Assembly (NCBI GenBank): GCA_946403755.1
Contig: CAMJBC010000004.1
Location: forward strand, 44,157-108,156
Source: an uncultured Mycoplasmatota bacterium
Lineage (GTDB): Bacteria; Bacillota_I; Bacilli_A; RF39; UBA660
Length of the DNA stretch: 64,000 nt
Direction of reading: 5' to 3'
Shown here: in pieces, positions 8,926-18,225 of the stretch
Position numbering within the stretch: the first letter of the stretch is position 1
Layout of the letters: each line of letters starts with the position of its first letter
Notes under the pieces: model-generated
The model's database searches: none
The model's input: the letters and a program-made list of their open reading frames with translations, nothing else
What the model was told of the DNA's origin: nothing
Position numbers and translations under genes: made by a program

Positions 8926-9192
8926 TTATTTTTCTTTTTCTTCTAGAATTTTATTTGAGACATACTCATCTATTTTATCTTTATCTGCAAATAAAATATC
9001 ACTTACTACATCACTTAATTCTAATTCCTTTTTATCTTTCCATTCCTCATCTATTAAATATAACCATATATCTTTTCCAGTAATATGTTTCATACCTAAC
9101 TGACGTAATTCTAAGCATTTAGAATATAAAGCTGGGCTAACCCTTTTATATAATTCTTTTATATTTTTAAACTCAATAACTTCCTTATTCAT
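8926..9192 (-). CDS. comN: ComN/YrzD-like post-transcriptional regulator
   Basis: Small acidic protein directly upstream of secDF, as in B. subtilis. Contains the motif GKDIWLYLIDEEW...VVSDIL. Preferred start is ATG 9192 with GGAGG 5 nt upstream; the track start 9204 is a TTG. Confidence 0.6.
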   Translation of the reverse strand: MNKEVIEFKNIKELYKRVSPALYSKCLELRQLGMKHITGKDIWLYLIDEEWKDKKELELSDVVSDILFADKDKIDEYVSNKILEEKEK

Positions 9193-9282
9193 AAATGCCT
9201 CCAATCCATATTAATTATACAATGATTACTATTAAAAATAAACTATTAATTATATATTTTAATATGGTATTAAATTCTTCAA

Positions 9283-9293
9283 TGTGATAAAAT
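9283..9293 (+). promoter_or_regulatory. Extended -10 promoter element TGTGATAAAAT upstream of the 925-aa gene
   Basis: TRTG-type -16 element plus TAAAAT, about 21 nt before ATG 9315, just ahead of RBS AAGGAG. The same consensus precedes ezrA, essC and the 1331-aa gene. Confidence 0.45.
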
Positions 9294-9314
9294 TAATATA
9301 AGGAGTAATAGATA

Positions 9315-12092
9315 ATGGCACTAGTAAAATTAAATTCAATAAATGATATAATTGGCAAAAAAGCTGGTACTTATAATATACCATTTAAGTGTAATGGTAG
9401 AAACTACACTTTTATTATAACTATAGGCAATAACATTGATAGCAATACTAGTATTACTCTTCAAGGGTATGGCCAAGGTGGTAATGGAAATAGCGTTTTA
9501 CAACATTTAAATACTGGTGGCAATAATATAGACGTAATCGTACAAGCTGGTCAAGGTGGTAATGCTTATGAATCATCAGGATGGCAAGATGCTACAACTA
9601 GTTTTATTCAATCATTATCAAAAAAATTAAATTTAAATAAAAATAATACTGTTTTAACAGGGTTTAGTTTAAGTGCAGAAATGACTGCTAAATATGCTGC
9701 ATCATTTGCTAAAAAAACAGGAGCAAATAATTTTTGTGCTGTAATTACTGAATCTTCTTGGGGTGCTCCTTTAAAATTAAGTGAAAGTGAAAGAAAATCT
9801 TTAATAAATAATAATGTTACTCTATTTAACGTATATCAAAATAAAAATCGTAGTTTAACAAGCCATGTATCAAATACCAATGGTGTTCATATTATTGATG
9901 TTAATATTAAACATTCTGGTGGAGACATGCATGCTTTACCATATTTATTATTGATGAATAAAGGTATCAATAATATAGCTAATGGTAAATTTAATTTTAC
10001 TTCTCTTCCAAAAACATTTAAATATTATGGACAAAATGTAAAATTAGACTATGAATTTATTGAACATTATGTTAATAAAAATGGAAAATATGTTAGTAGA
10101 GTTTTAAGTGCTGAAGAAGTACAACAAAAAGTTGATGAAATGTATAAAGCAAATCTTGAGTCACTTTATAAAAATAATAAAAATTTATCAGAATTTGCTC
10201 AAAACTTTACTGATGGTATTGGTACTAACCTAGCATCAAATCTTTCATATGTATCAAATGCTATGAATTCCTTAAAAGGAAAAATAACTAGTCATTCAGA
10301 CTTAAATTATACAAAAGGATCTAGTAATGAAGCTGGAATAATTGGTGCTATGTATTCAGCAACTAATTATTATGGCGCAGTTACTAATGTATTATATGGA
10401 AATTTAAGTTCTGAAGCAGATGCAGTATATGCAATAGCAAATGCTATATATCAAATGGATGGATGTGCTGCTGTAATAGCAGATGAAACTCTAACTAATG
10501 GTGTTAGTAGTTTATTTAACTCACCTAACCTTTCTTCACAATTAAATGCATTAAAAAATACTACTGCAAACTTAGTTAATACTGCTAAAAACGCTGTTAT
10601 GGCTAATGGTAGATATGCTGAATTATCAAACTTATTAACTGGAAGTATAACAGCTGGTAACGTTGGAAAAATAAGTATTACTGCTTTAGAAAGTGCAGTA
10701 AACTCTGTTATTCCATCATTAAATAATGAAGTAGAAAAAGCTCAAGGATTAAAATCTAGTGTTGATGAATTCATGAGTGGAATTGGTTCATCTAATATAT
10801 TACAAGGTGGAGTTTGGAATGATGTTAAGACAAACATGGAATCATACCAAAACTTACTAGATTGTAATATGAAAGCATCTAGTTTTATATCAGATACTAT
10901 TAAAACTGCTATGGGAGTTGTAGTAGACTACATTAATGGATCATCTGATGCTATTAGTGCTGTATCAGGAACAGATTATAGTAGTTTAGTAACAGCTGGT
11001 GAACTTGATGATTCTAAATTACCTCAAATACAAGCATTACTTGAAGAAATAGATAAACAAGTTAACATTGTAAAATCAACCATAACTGAGATGGAAAATG
11101 CTAAGGAACAATCTTGCTCAACCCCAATAGGTACAGAAGCACCATCTTGTGTATGGGTAAATAAATATAGTTCATCAGATATACAACCATTTAGAGATTC
11201 ACTTACAAAATATGAAACTGAGCAAGCTGCATTAAATGCATATTCAGCTAGATTAGAAGGTTTAGCACCACTAGTTGAAAATGCACAAAAAATGATTAAT
11301 GATGCTATAAGTCAAGTTAAGAATATGTATGAAAATCCAGTAACAAATGCACAAGGAAATCAAACATTTAATGCTGACTTTAAGCTAGATATGAGTGCAT
11401 ATAAATTTGAAAAAGATGGATCATATTATAAAAATTTAATAAATGATTATTATGATAAATTAAATTCAAAAACTCCAGATGAGGTTACACCTACAGCTGA
11501 TTATGATAGTGGTTCTTCTTATGGGGATGAATATTATGGTGGTAATAATACTCCTACTCCAACACTTGAACCAACTACTGAAGAACCTACAATAATGATT
11601 GAAGTAATAACTGAAGTTCCTTCAGAGGTTGCTAGTTTTGATGAAATATTTGAACCATCCACTGAAATTGCTACAACATATTCTGAAGTAACAACTGAAA
11701 TATCTTATGATACAGAACCTGTTATTCAAAATAATGTAGAAAATAAAGTCATTGGAAATAATAATAAAAGACAAACTAATACTAATATAGAAACTCCTAC
11801 TATACCTGTTGAAATTCCTCCTGAAGAAATTAAAGAAGTTCCAATGGAAAATGAATATTCTGGAAATAGTGATTATGTTGAAGAAATAATAACACAACCA
11901 GAAATAATAGAAATTCATGAAGAACCTATTGTTGAAGAAACTATAAACATAGATACTGATAGAACAGTTAAAACAATGGGTGTCGCTGCTAGTATAGGAG
12001 TAGCACTTGGAGCAGTTAGTCTTGGTGCTCATTCAATAATTAAAAATAAAAATAATGAAGATGAAGAATCTGATTATGGATATGATAAATAA
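9315..12092 (+). CDS. 925-aa protein without a signal peptide: N-terminal alpha/beta-hydrolase-like domain, LXG/WXG-like helical module, P/T/E linker, C-terminal TM tail anchor
   Basis: Nucleophile-elbow-like VLTGFSLSAEM. The helical module (aa 305-716) is collinear with aa 720-1112 of the 1347-aa ORF. C-terminal TM KTMGVAASIGVALGAVSLGAHSII followed by KNKNNEDEESDYGYDK. Confidence 0.8.
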   Translation: MALVKLNSINDIIGKKAGTYNIPFKCNGRNYTFIITIGNNIDSNTSITLQGYGQGGNGNSVLQHLNTGGNNIDVIVQAGQGGNAYESSGWQDATTSFIQSLSKKLNLNKNNTVLTGFSLSAEMTAKYAASFAKKTGANNFCAVITESSWGAPLKLSESERKSLINNNVTLFNVYQNKNRSLTSHVSNTNGVHIIDVNIKHSGGDMHALPYLLLMNKGINNIANGKFNFTSLPKTFKYYGQNVKLDYEFIEHYVNKNGKYVSRVLSAEEVQQKVDEMYKANLESLYKNNKNLSEFAQNFTDGIGTNLASNLSYVSNAMNSLKGKITSHSDLNYTKGSSNEAGIIGAMYSATNYYGAVTNVLYGNLSSEADAVYAIANAIYQMDGCAAVIADETLTNGVSSLFNSPNLSSQLNALKNTTANLVNTAKNAVMANGRYAELSNLLTGSITAGNVGKISITALESAVNSVIPSLNNEVEKAQGLKSSVDEFMSGIGSSNILQGGVWNDVKTNMESYQNLLDCNMKASSFISDTIKTAMGVVVDYINGSSDAISAVSGTDYSSLVTAGELDDSKLPQIQALLEEIDKQVNIVKSTITEMENAKEQSCSTPIGTEAPSCVWVNKYSSSDIQPFRDSLTKYETEQAALNAYSARLEGLAPLVENAQKMINDAISQVKNMYENPVTNAQGNQTFNADFKLDMSAYKFEKDGSYYKNLINDYYDKLNSKTPDEVTPTADYDSGSSYGDEYYGGNNTPTPTLEPTTEEPTIMIEVITEVPSEVASFDEIFEPSTEIATTYSEVTTEISYDTEPVIQNNVENKVIGNNNKRQTNTNIETPTIPVEIPPEEIKEVPMENEYSGNSDYVEEIITQPEIIEIHEEPIVEETINIDTDRTVKTMGVAASIGVALGAVSLGAHSIIKNKNNEDEESDYGYDK

Positions 12093-12119
12093 AAAAGAAT
12101 AGTTTAACTATTCTTTTTC
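12092..12119. terminator. Bidirectional rho-independent terminator between convergent genes
   Basis: AAGAATAGT-tta-ACTATTCTT hairpin with an A-run on one side and a T-run on the other. It sits between the 925-aa gene (+) and the M16 peptidase gene (-). Confidence 0.65.
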
Positions 12120-13388
12120 TATGCATTTAACAATACTATAATTATCAAATTTTAATAATTTAATTATTCTTAATGCTTCTTCATAATCTAAATTTATTAT
12201 TTGTGAATATTCTTTATAATTAATATATCCATCAACCATTAAAGACATGCATATATTATATTCAATATCTTCTATATTATCAAAATCCATAATATAAGAT
12301 TTTAAATATAATTTTTTCTTTCTTTCAAAATCTTCTTTATTAATATTAAGTTTTTTAATATCTTTTAATACTTCTTTTATGAATCTATCTGCATTAATAC
12401 AAGCAGCACTTACTATTATAACTATTTTATCTTCTACTAGTGTTACACCATATCCACCATCATAAAATAATTCTTCATTTTTATATTTTTCAAATATTTT
12501 ACTAGTTGGTGATATATAACATGAAAATATTATATCTAAATAATATCTAATTAAATTATCATCTGATATACCTAGTATATCTTTATTAAATTTAAATCCT
12601 ATTTTTACTCTTTCACATTCTACATTTTTTTCTATTTGAACAAAATTTTTATTAACTTTTAATGGTTCTTTTTCTATTACTTTTTCTGGTAATTCTTTTT
12701 TAATAGGATTATATTTTTTAATTTGTTTTTTAATCAAATCTAAACATTTTTTATTATCAAAATCTCCACATACAATTATAAATGTATTATTAGGAATATA
12801 ATAATCATTATATATTTTGTTTAAACTATCTGCAGTTATTTTTTCAATATCGGATCTTTCACCTACTGTTGTATTTTTAGGATATGCATTTTTAAATACA
12901 CTCTTACATAATGTTTCAGTCATGTACATATTTATTTTATCTTTGTACATGTCTATTTCTTCCCCTATTATACCTTTTTCTTCTTTCACATTTTTATCAT
13001 TAATATTTGTATTATAGAAAATATCTAATAATAGTTTAATGTTTTCATAAATGTTTTTACTACCAAATATATTATAATTAGTACCATAACTATTTGTCCA
13101 TGCATTAGCTATGCTTCCATATTCTTTAATCTTTTTAGAAAATTTTTTGTTTTCTGAAATAGCCATTACTTTATGTTCTAAGAAATGAGCACTACCTGGT
13201 ATTATTTCATTTACTTCATTATTAACTTTATATTTTAATACAGAAGAACCATATTTTACAGAAATAGTAATATAAAAATTTTTTGTTTTTTTATTAGGAT
13301 ATAAATATACTTCTAATCCATTATCTAATACTTCTTTATATATACATTCATCTACTTTTTCAAATATACATTTTTCCATATTACTCAT
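12108..13388 (-). CDS. M16-family zinc peptidase (pitrilysin/insulinase-like), catalytic subunit
   Basis: Inverted zinc motif HxxEH in GSAHFLEHKV. 426 aa. 8-nt overlap with the upstream M16 partner. Confidence 0.8.
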   Translation of the reverse strand: MSNMEKCIFEKVDECIYKEVLDNGLEVYLYPNKKTKNFYITISVKYGSSVLKYKVNNEVNEIIPGSAHFLEHKVMAISENKKFSKKIKEYGSIANAWTNSYGTNYNIFGSKNIYENIKLLLDIFYNTNINDKNVKEEKGIIGEEIDMYKDKINMYMTETLCKSVFKNAYPKNTTVGERSDIEKITADSLNKIYNDYYIPNNTFIIVCGDFDNKKCLDLIKKQIKKYNPIKKELPEKVIEKEPLKVNKNFVQIEKNVECERVKIGFKFNKDILGISDDNLIRYYLDIIFSCYISPTSKIFEKYKNEELFYDGGYGVTLVEDKIVIIVSAACINADRFIKEVLKDIKKLNINKEDFERKKKLYLKSYIMDFDNIEDIEYNICMSLMVDGYINYKEYSQIINLDYEEALRIIKLLKFDNYSIVKCIEKE

Positions 13389-14634
13389 CTCCCCTCATAA
13401 AAAATATAACATTTAAATATAACTTTTTACTTAGTTCAATTACTTCATCAGATGTTACTTTATTTATATTATCTCTTAGTTCTTCTACTCCTTCAGCAAA
13501 ATTAAATTCTTCATAGAAATAATGATTTATTTGACTAAATATATCATCATAAAAACTATTAGTATATGTATTAAATGTTTCTTTAGCTTGTGTAATATAT
13601 TTATCAATAATAGATTTATCTTTCATTAATTCAACTGTTTCAAATATTCTTTTTTTAGCTTCTTCAAAATTATTTCTATTTATTCCTGCTGATACAGTTA
13701 ATACTGGAGTATATCTATTAAATGATGAATTAATACTATAACATAATGAATATTTTTCTCTAACATTATCAAATAATAATGAATCAGTCATACTTCCTAA
13801 TATTAAATTATATACTCTTAATACATGTTTTCTTTCATGATAACTTAAATCTTTTAAACTATATCCTATATATAATCTTGATTGTTTAAAACTATATGAT
13901 TCAGATTTTTCTATTACTTCATCAGTAAAAGATCTTTCTATATCAAAAGTTATATCATCATTATTACCTTTAATATCTTTAAATCTATTAGATAATTTAT
14001 CTACTATAGATTCAGCATCTTCACCATGAATAATTATATTTATATTATAGCTTCCATCAAATAATTTTTTGTAATATTCATATAAATCTTTTCTACTTAT
14101 TTTTTCTATTTCTTCTATACTAGGAATACATTTTTCAAGTAATGTTCCTTTGAAAATAATTCTATCATATAGAATACTACCTATTTCATTTGGATTTTCT
14201 TTAATAGATTTAATACTATTAATATAATCATTTTTAGTTATATTAAAGAATGTTTCATCAAAACCTTCTTCATCTACATTTGGATTAAATAATATTTCAT
14301 ATAAAAAATCTAATGATTCATCTAAATATTCTTCTGCAGTATACTTTGGATTTAACATTTGAAGTCCAACTACATAAGATTGTGAATTACCATTATAACC
14401 AAAAGATGTACTTACTTTAGCACCAAATAATTCTTCTCCTCTTATAGCAATTTTACTTTTAGTATTATATTTTTTACATGTATATGTCATATTAGGACAT
14501 AATAAATTACCTAATGCCATTTCATCATTATTTGCTTTTTTAGTAAAATAAATTGCGATATGCATCTCTTTAAATCTATTACTATCTATTACATGAATAG
14601 TATTATTTTTATTTTTAATTTTCTTATATGTCAT
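13381..14634 (-). CDS. M16-family peptidase-like protein, non-catalytic partner (no HxxEH)
   Basis: Same size and architecture as the neighbouring M16 gene but lacks HxxEH. Preferred start is ATG 14634 with GGAGGG upstream; the track start 14646 is a TTG. Confidence 0.7.
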   Translation of the reverse strand: MTYKKIKNKNNTIHVIDSNRFKEMHIAIYFTKKANNDEMALGNLLCPNMTYTCKKYNTKSKIAIRGEELFGAKVSTSFGYNGNSQSYVVGLQMLNPKYTAEEYLDESLDFLYEILFNPNVDEEGFDETFFNITKNDYINSIKSIKENPNEIGSILYDRIIFKGTLLEKCIPSIEEIEKISRKDLYEYYKKLFDGSYNINIIIHGEDAESIVDKLSNRFKDIKGNNDDITFDIERSFTDEVIEKSESYSFKQSRLYIGYSLKDLSYHERKHVLRVYNLILGSMTDSLLFDNVREKYSLCYSINSSFNRYTPVLTVSAGINRNNFEEAKKRIFETVELMKDKSIIDKYITQAKETFNTYTNSFYDDIFSQINHYFYEEFNFAEGVEELRDNINKVTSDEVIELSKKLYLNVIFFMRGDE

Positions 14635-14677
14635 ATTACCCTCCAATGGATATTATACCAATTAAAAAGAAGTATTT

Positions 14678-15385
14678 CTACTTCTTTATTATAGAATCTA
14701 GAGCTAAAACAATCATTTCATCTAATGTTTTTTCTCTTTGAGTTGAATCCATTACTTCATGTGTAATTAAATTATCACTTATTGTTAATAAAGCAGTTGC
14801 TTGTCTTTTAAATTTCTTAGCATTAAAGAATAATGCAAATGCTTCCATTTCAACAGCTACACATCCTTTATCAGTAAATTTAGAATAATCTTTACTTTCA
14901 GTATAGAATGCAACTGTAGTATGTACTCTTCCTTGAGTTAATTTCATTCCTTTTAATGCTGCTGTATCTTGAATAACACCATTTAATTCAAATGATGAAT
15001 TTAAAATATCTACATTTTCTATTCCTGATTCATCATCATAAACAGTATTTGAATAAGCTGAATCAACAAGTAAAACATCATATAGATTTAAATCTTTAGT
15101 ATAAGCACCTGCTGTACCTATTCTAATTATATTTTGAACATCATAATCATTAAATAATTCATAACTATAGATGCCCATACTACCTACTCCCATACCACTT
15201 GAGAATATAGTTACATCTACATCTTTATATTTACCTGTGTATGCTAGTTCACCTCTAACTTTGTTTACTAATTTTGGATTTGTTAAATACTTTTGAGCAA
15301 TATAATATGCTCTATTTGGATCCCCTGGCATTAACACTCTTGGTGCTATATCTTCCTTATTACTTTCAATATGTACTGTTGCCAT
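14678..15385 (-). CDS. deoD: Purine nucleoside phosphorylase, DeoD type (PNP/UDP family)
   Basis: 235 aa. Contains VLMPGDPNRAYYIA, GMGVGSMGIY and VEMEAFALF, typical of hexameric PNP. Confidence 0.8.
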   Translation of the reverse strand: MATVHIESNKEDIAPRVLMPGDPNRAYYIAQKYLTNPKLVNKVRGELAYTGKYKDVDVTIFSSGMGVGSMGIYSYELFNDYDVQNIIRIGTAGAYTKDLNLYDVLLVDSAYSNTVYDDESGIENVDILNSSFELNGVIQDTAALKGMKLTQGRVHTTVAFYTESKDYSKFTDKGCVAVEMEAFALFFNAKKFKRQATALLTISDNLITHEVMDSTQREKTLDEMIVLALDSIIKK

Positions 15386-15388
15386 AAC

Positions 15389-15970
15389 TCACTCCTTTTC
15401 TTCATATTTGGTAAAATCACTACCAAATCTTGATATATATATTGAATCATCTTTTGTTTTTAAATAAACTGTTGGATACCTATAATCAGTTTTAGAATCA
15501 TATTCATTTACTATTGCAAGAGCAACTGGATCTTCAACTGGAACTTCAGTAAATGATGTTCTTAACTTAGAATTAGCTGTACTTTCATATTCAGTATCTT
15601 TTATGTAATATAATTTATTAGTTGTAAGAACATAAACCATATTAAATTCTTCTTCTGTTATAGCATGTTCTACTCTAACTGATATTGGATTTCCAAAATT
15701 ATTTAAAACATGTTCATTTCCATTAATAGTTAAATATACATTACTATTCATAATTTTAGCAGATGTCTCATTTTCTAAATTTCCATCTATATCATATAAA
15801 TAATGAGAAAAATTTAAAGTATCCATATCTACATCTTCTACTGTAGTATTATTTTCTATTGGTTCTTCTTCAACAGAAGGAGTTTTAATATACATAATTA
15901 CATATCCAAATATAATAGCTATTATTAATGCTACAATAACAATTATTACATTTCTACCCTTTTCATCCAT
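15389..15970 (-). CDS. Signal-anchored hypothetical protein
   Basis: Preferred start is ATG 15970 (RBS AGAGGAG), which avoids overlap with ftsK. One TM helix (VIIVIVALIIAIIFGYVIMYI), then a soluble domain with no recognisable motif. Confidence 0.55.
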   Translation of the reverse strand: MDEKGRNVIIVIVALIIAIIFGYVIMYIKTPSVEEEPIENNTTVEDVDMDTLNFSHYLYDIDGNLENETSAKIMNSNVYLTINGNEHVLNNFGNPISVRVEHAITEEEFNMVYVLTTNKLYYIKDTEYESTANSKLRTSFTEVPVEDPVALAIVNEYDSKTDYRYPTVYLKTKDDSIYISRFGSDFTKYEEKE

Positions 15971-15977
15971 AATATGA

Positions 15978-18218
15978 TTACTCCTCTTCTGAATTAGAAG
16001 AATCACCTTCTAATTTAACAAGAACTTCTCTAGGTTTTGAGCCTTTAGCAGGACCAACAATTCCTCTTTCTTCAAAGTTGTCAATAATACGTGCTGCTCT
16101 ATTATATCCAATAGAGTATTTTCTTTGAATTAATGATGCACTTATTTGACCCATACGAATTGCATATTCAAGTATTTCATCATATAAAACATCTTTAGGT
16201 TCATTAGATCCTCCACCACCCATAGATCCATTTCCACCACTAGAAGCATTAGAATCTAAGTTTTGGAATTTTTCACTATATTTAGGTCCAGAACATCTCT
16301 TCTTAATAAAATCTACCACACGTTTTATTTCATCATCTGAAACAAAACTTCCTTGAATTCTTGTTGGATTATTATCATCTTGAGGTTTATATAACATATC
16401 ACCTTTACCAAGTAATTTTTCTGCTCCAGTCATATCTAAAATAGTTCTACTGTCTATAGATGATGAAACAGCAAATGATACACGAGTTGGTATGTTAGAT
16501 TTAACAACACCAGTGATTACATCAGTAGATGGTCTTTGAGTTGCAACTATTAAATGTATACCAGCTGCACGAGCAAGTTGAGTAATTCTCATAATTGATT
16601 CTTCTACTTCTTTAGCAGCAACTAACATCAAGTCAGCTAACTCATCAATAATTACTAATATAAATGGCATTCTCTTTAAACCACAATCTGGATTTTTCTT
16701 TAATTCTTTATCTATATATTCATTATATGTTTGAATGTTTTTAGTTCCACTATTTTTAAATGTTTCATATCTATCATCCATCTCTACAACAATCTTTTGT
16801 AAAGCAGCACTTGCTTTTTTAGGATCTGTAACAACTGGTGTTAATAGATGAGGTATTCCTTCATAAACATTAAATTCAACTTTTTTAGGGTCTACTAAGA
16901 CCATTTTAACTTCATCTGGAGTTGTTCTCATTAATATAGAAAGAATAATATTATTTATACATACAGATTTACCACTACCAGTAGCACCAGCTACTAACAT
17001 ATGTGGTGTTTTATTAATTTCTACATATTTAACATTACCCATAATATCTCTACCAAGAGGAGCAGCAAGTGGAGAATTTTCTAATTTCTTTTCTAACTTC
17101 ATTGCTTCCATTATTTCTCTCATTGATACAGGTACTATAGTTTGATTTGGAATTTCTACACCAACTGTATTTTTACCAGGGATTGGTGCTTCAATTCTAA
17201 CTTCTTTAGCTGCTAAAGCAAGAGCTATTTCACGAGAAATACTAAGTACTTTATTTACTCTTGTTCCTTTAGATATTTCCATTTCATATTGAGTAACAGC
17301 AGGTCCAGCATGAACCTCTATTACTTTAACGTGCATTTCAAAATCTAAGAAAACTTGTTCTAATGCTTTTATATTATTAGCAATTGTTTCATTAGAATTT
17401 GTTTTAACATTTTTATTTTTATTAGGATCTAATAAATTAATTGATGGTTTAACATAAACCCCAGGTGTTTCATCAACTACTGCTTCATCATTATGTTCAT
17501 TTATTGGTTCTGGTCCAGTTAAATCATTAATTGATGTAATAACAACTTTTTTATCACTGAATCCATCTTCTTTTATATCTCCAATAACTCCATCTTCATC
17601 TTCTTCTTCAGTCTCTTCTTCTTCACCTTCAGATTTACTAAATAATCCTTTGAAGAATTCAGCTATTGCTGAGAATAAATTAGCTAAATTGATATCAAAG
17701 ATCATAATTACACCAAATGCTAAAAATGCTGCTACTAAAATATATGTACCAACTTTATCAAATAATGACATAGCAGCCCATGTAAATAATGCTCCTACCA
17801 TACCACCACCTGTAGTTTTAACAAGCGTAGCATCTTTAAATGCTGATTTAATATAATTCATTGATACATGTAATAATTCTTTAACATTAATACTATTATC
17901 TACAACCATTTTTGTATGGGATAAAACAAGTATTGCTATTATTAGGCAATATATTCCTATTAATCTTGCGGTAAAATAATTTGGTTTTCCTCTTTTAATT
18001 ATCATAAATACACCTAATCCTAGGGTAAATATTAAAAATAAGAAATACCAAGAACCAAACATAAATACTGCAAAGTTTTTAATCCATCCGCCTACTATAC
18101 CTGAGGAAGCTAATCCTACAGCAGACAATAGTATCATTATTAAACCTATTACTTCACTAGTATATGCAAAACCACTTTTTTCTTCTGTATGTTGTCTTCT
18201 TCTACGTCTTCTTGCCAT
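15978..18218 (-). CDS. ftsK: DNA translocase FtsK/SpoIIIE
   Basis: N-terminal TM block, acidic linker, motor domain with P-loop GATGSGKS and Walker B IIDELADL, and a C-terminal gamma winged-helix (LYDEILEYA...IQRKYSIGYNRAARI). Confidence 0.9.
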   Translation of the reverse strand: MARRRRRRQHTEEKSGFAYTSEVIGLIMILLSAVGLASSGIVGGWIKNFAVFMFGSWYFLFLIFTLGLGVFMIIKRGKPNYFTARLIGIYCLIIAILVLSHTKMVVDNSINVKELLHVSMNYIKSAFKDATLVKTTGGGMVGALFTWAAMSLFDKVGTYILVAAFLAFGVIMIFDINLANLFSAIAEFFKGLFSKSEGEEEETEEEDEDGVIGDIKEDGFSDKKVVITSINDLTGPEPINEHNDEAVVDETPGVYVKPSINLLDPNKNKNVKTNSNETIANNIKALEQVFLDFEMHVKVIEVHAGPAVTQYEMEISKGTRVNKVLSISREIALALAAKEVRIEAPIPGKNTVGVEIPNQTIVPVSMREIMEAMKLEKKLENSPLAAPLGRDIMGNVKYVEINKTPHMLVAGATGSGKSVCINNIILSILMRTTPDEVKMVLVDPKKVEFNVYEGIPHLLTPVVTDPKKASAALQKIVVEMDDRYETFKNSGTKNIQTYNEYIDKELKKNPDCGLKRMPFILVIIDELADLMLVAAKEVEESIMRITQLARAAGIHLIVATQRPSTDVITGVVKSNIPTRVSFAVSSSIDSRTILDMTGAEKLLGKGDMLYKPQDDNNPTRIQGSFVSDDEIKRVVDFIKKRCSGPKYSEKFQNLDSNASSGGNGSMGGGGSNEPKDVLYDEILEYAIRMGQISASLIQRKYSIGYNRAARIIDNFEERGIVGPAKGSKPREVLVKLEGDSSNSEEE

Positions 18219-18225
18219 AATACAC

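Noticed and set aside
9283-9295. The 13-mer TGTGATAAAATTA shared upstream of the 925-aa gene and the 1331-aa gene (57031-57043), considered as a specific operator linking the surface genes to the T7SS
   Set aside because: The same TGTGATAAAAT core also precedes ezrA (19957-19967), and a close variant precedes essC. It fits a generic TRTG extended -10 promoter consensus with short leaders, not a dedicated regulator site.
11622-12032. 136-aa minus-strand ORF
   Set aside because: It is antisense to the 3' part of the 925-aa gene and has a Phe/Ile/Asn/Tyr/Cys-rich nonsense composition.
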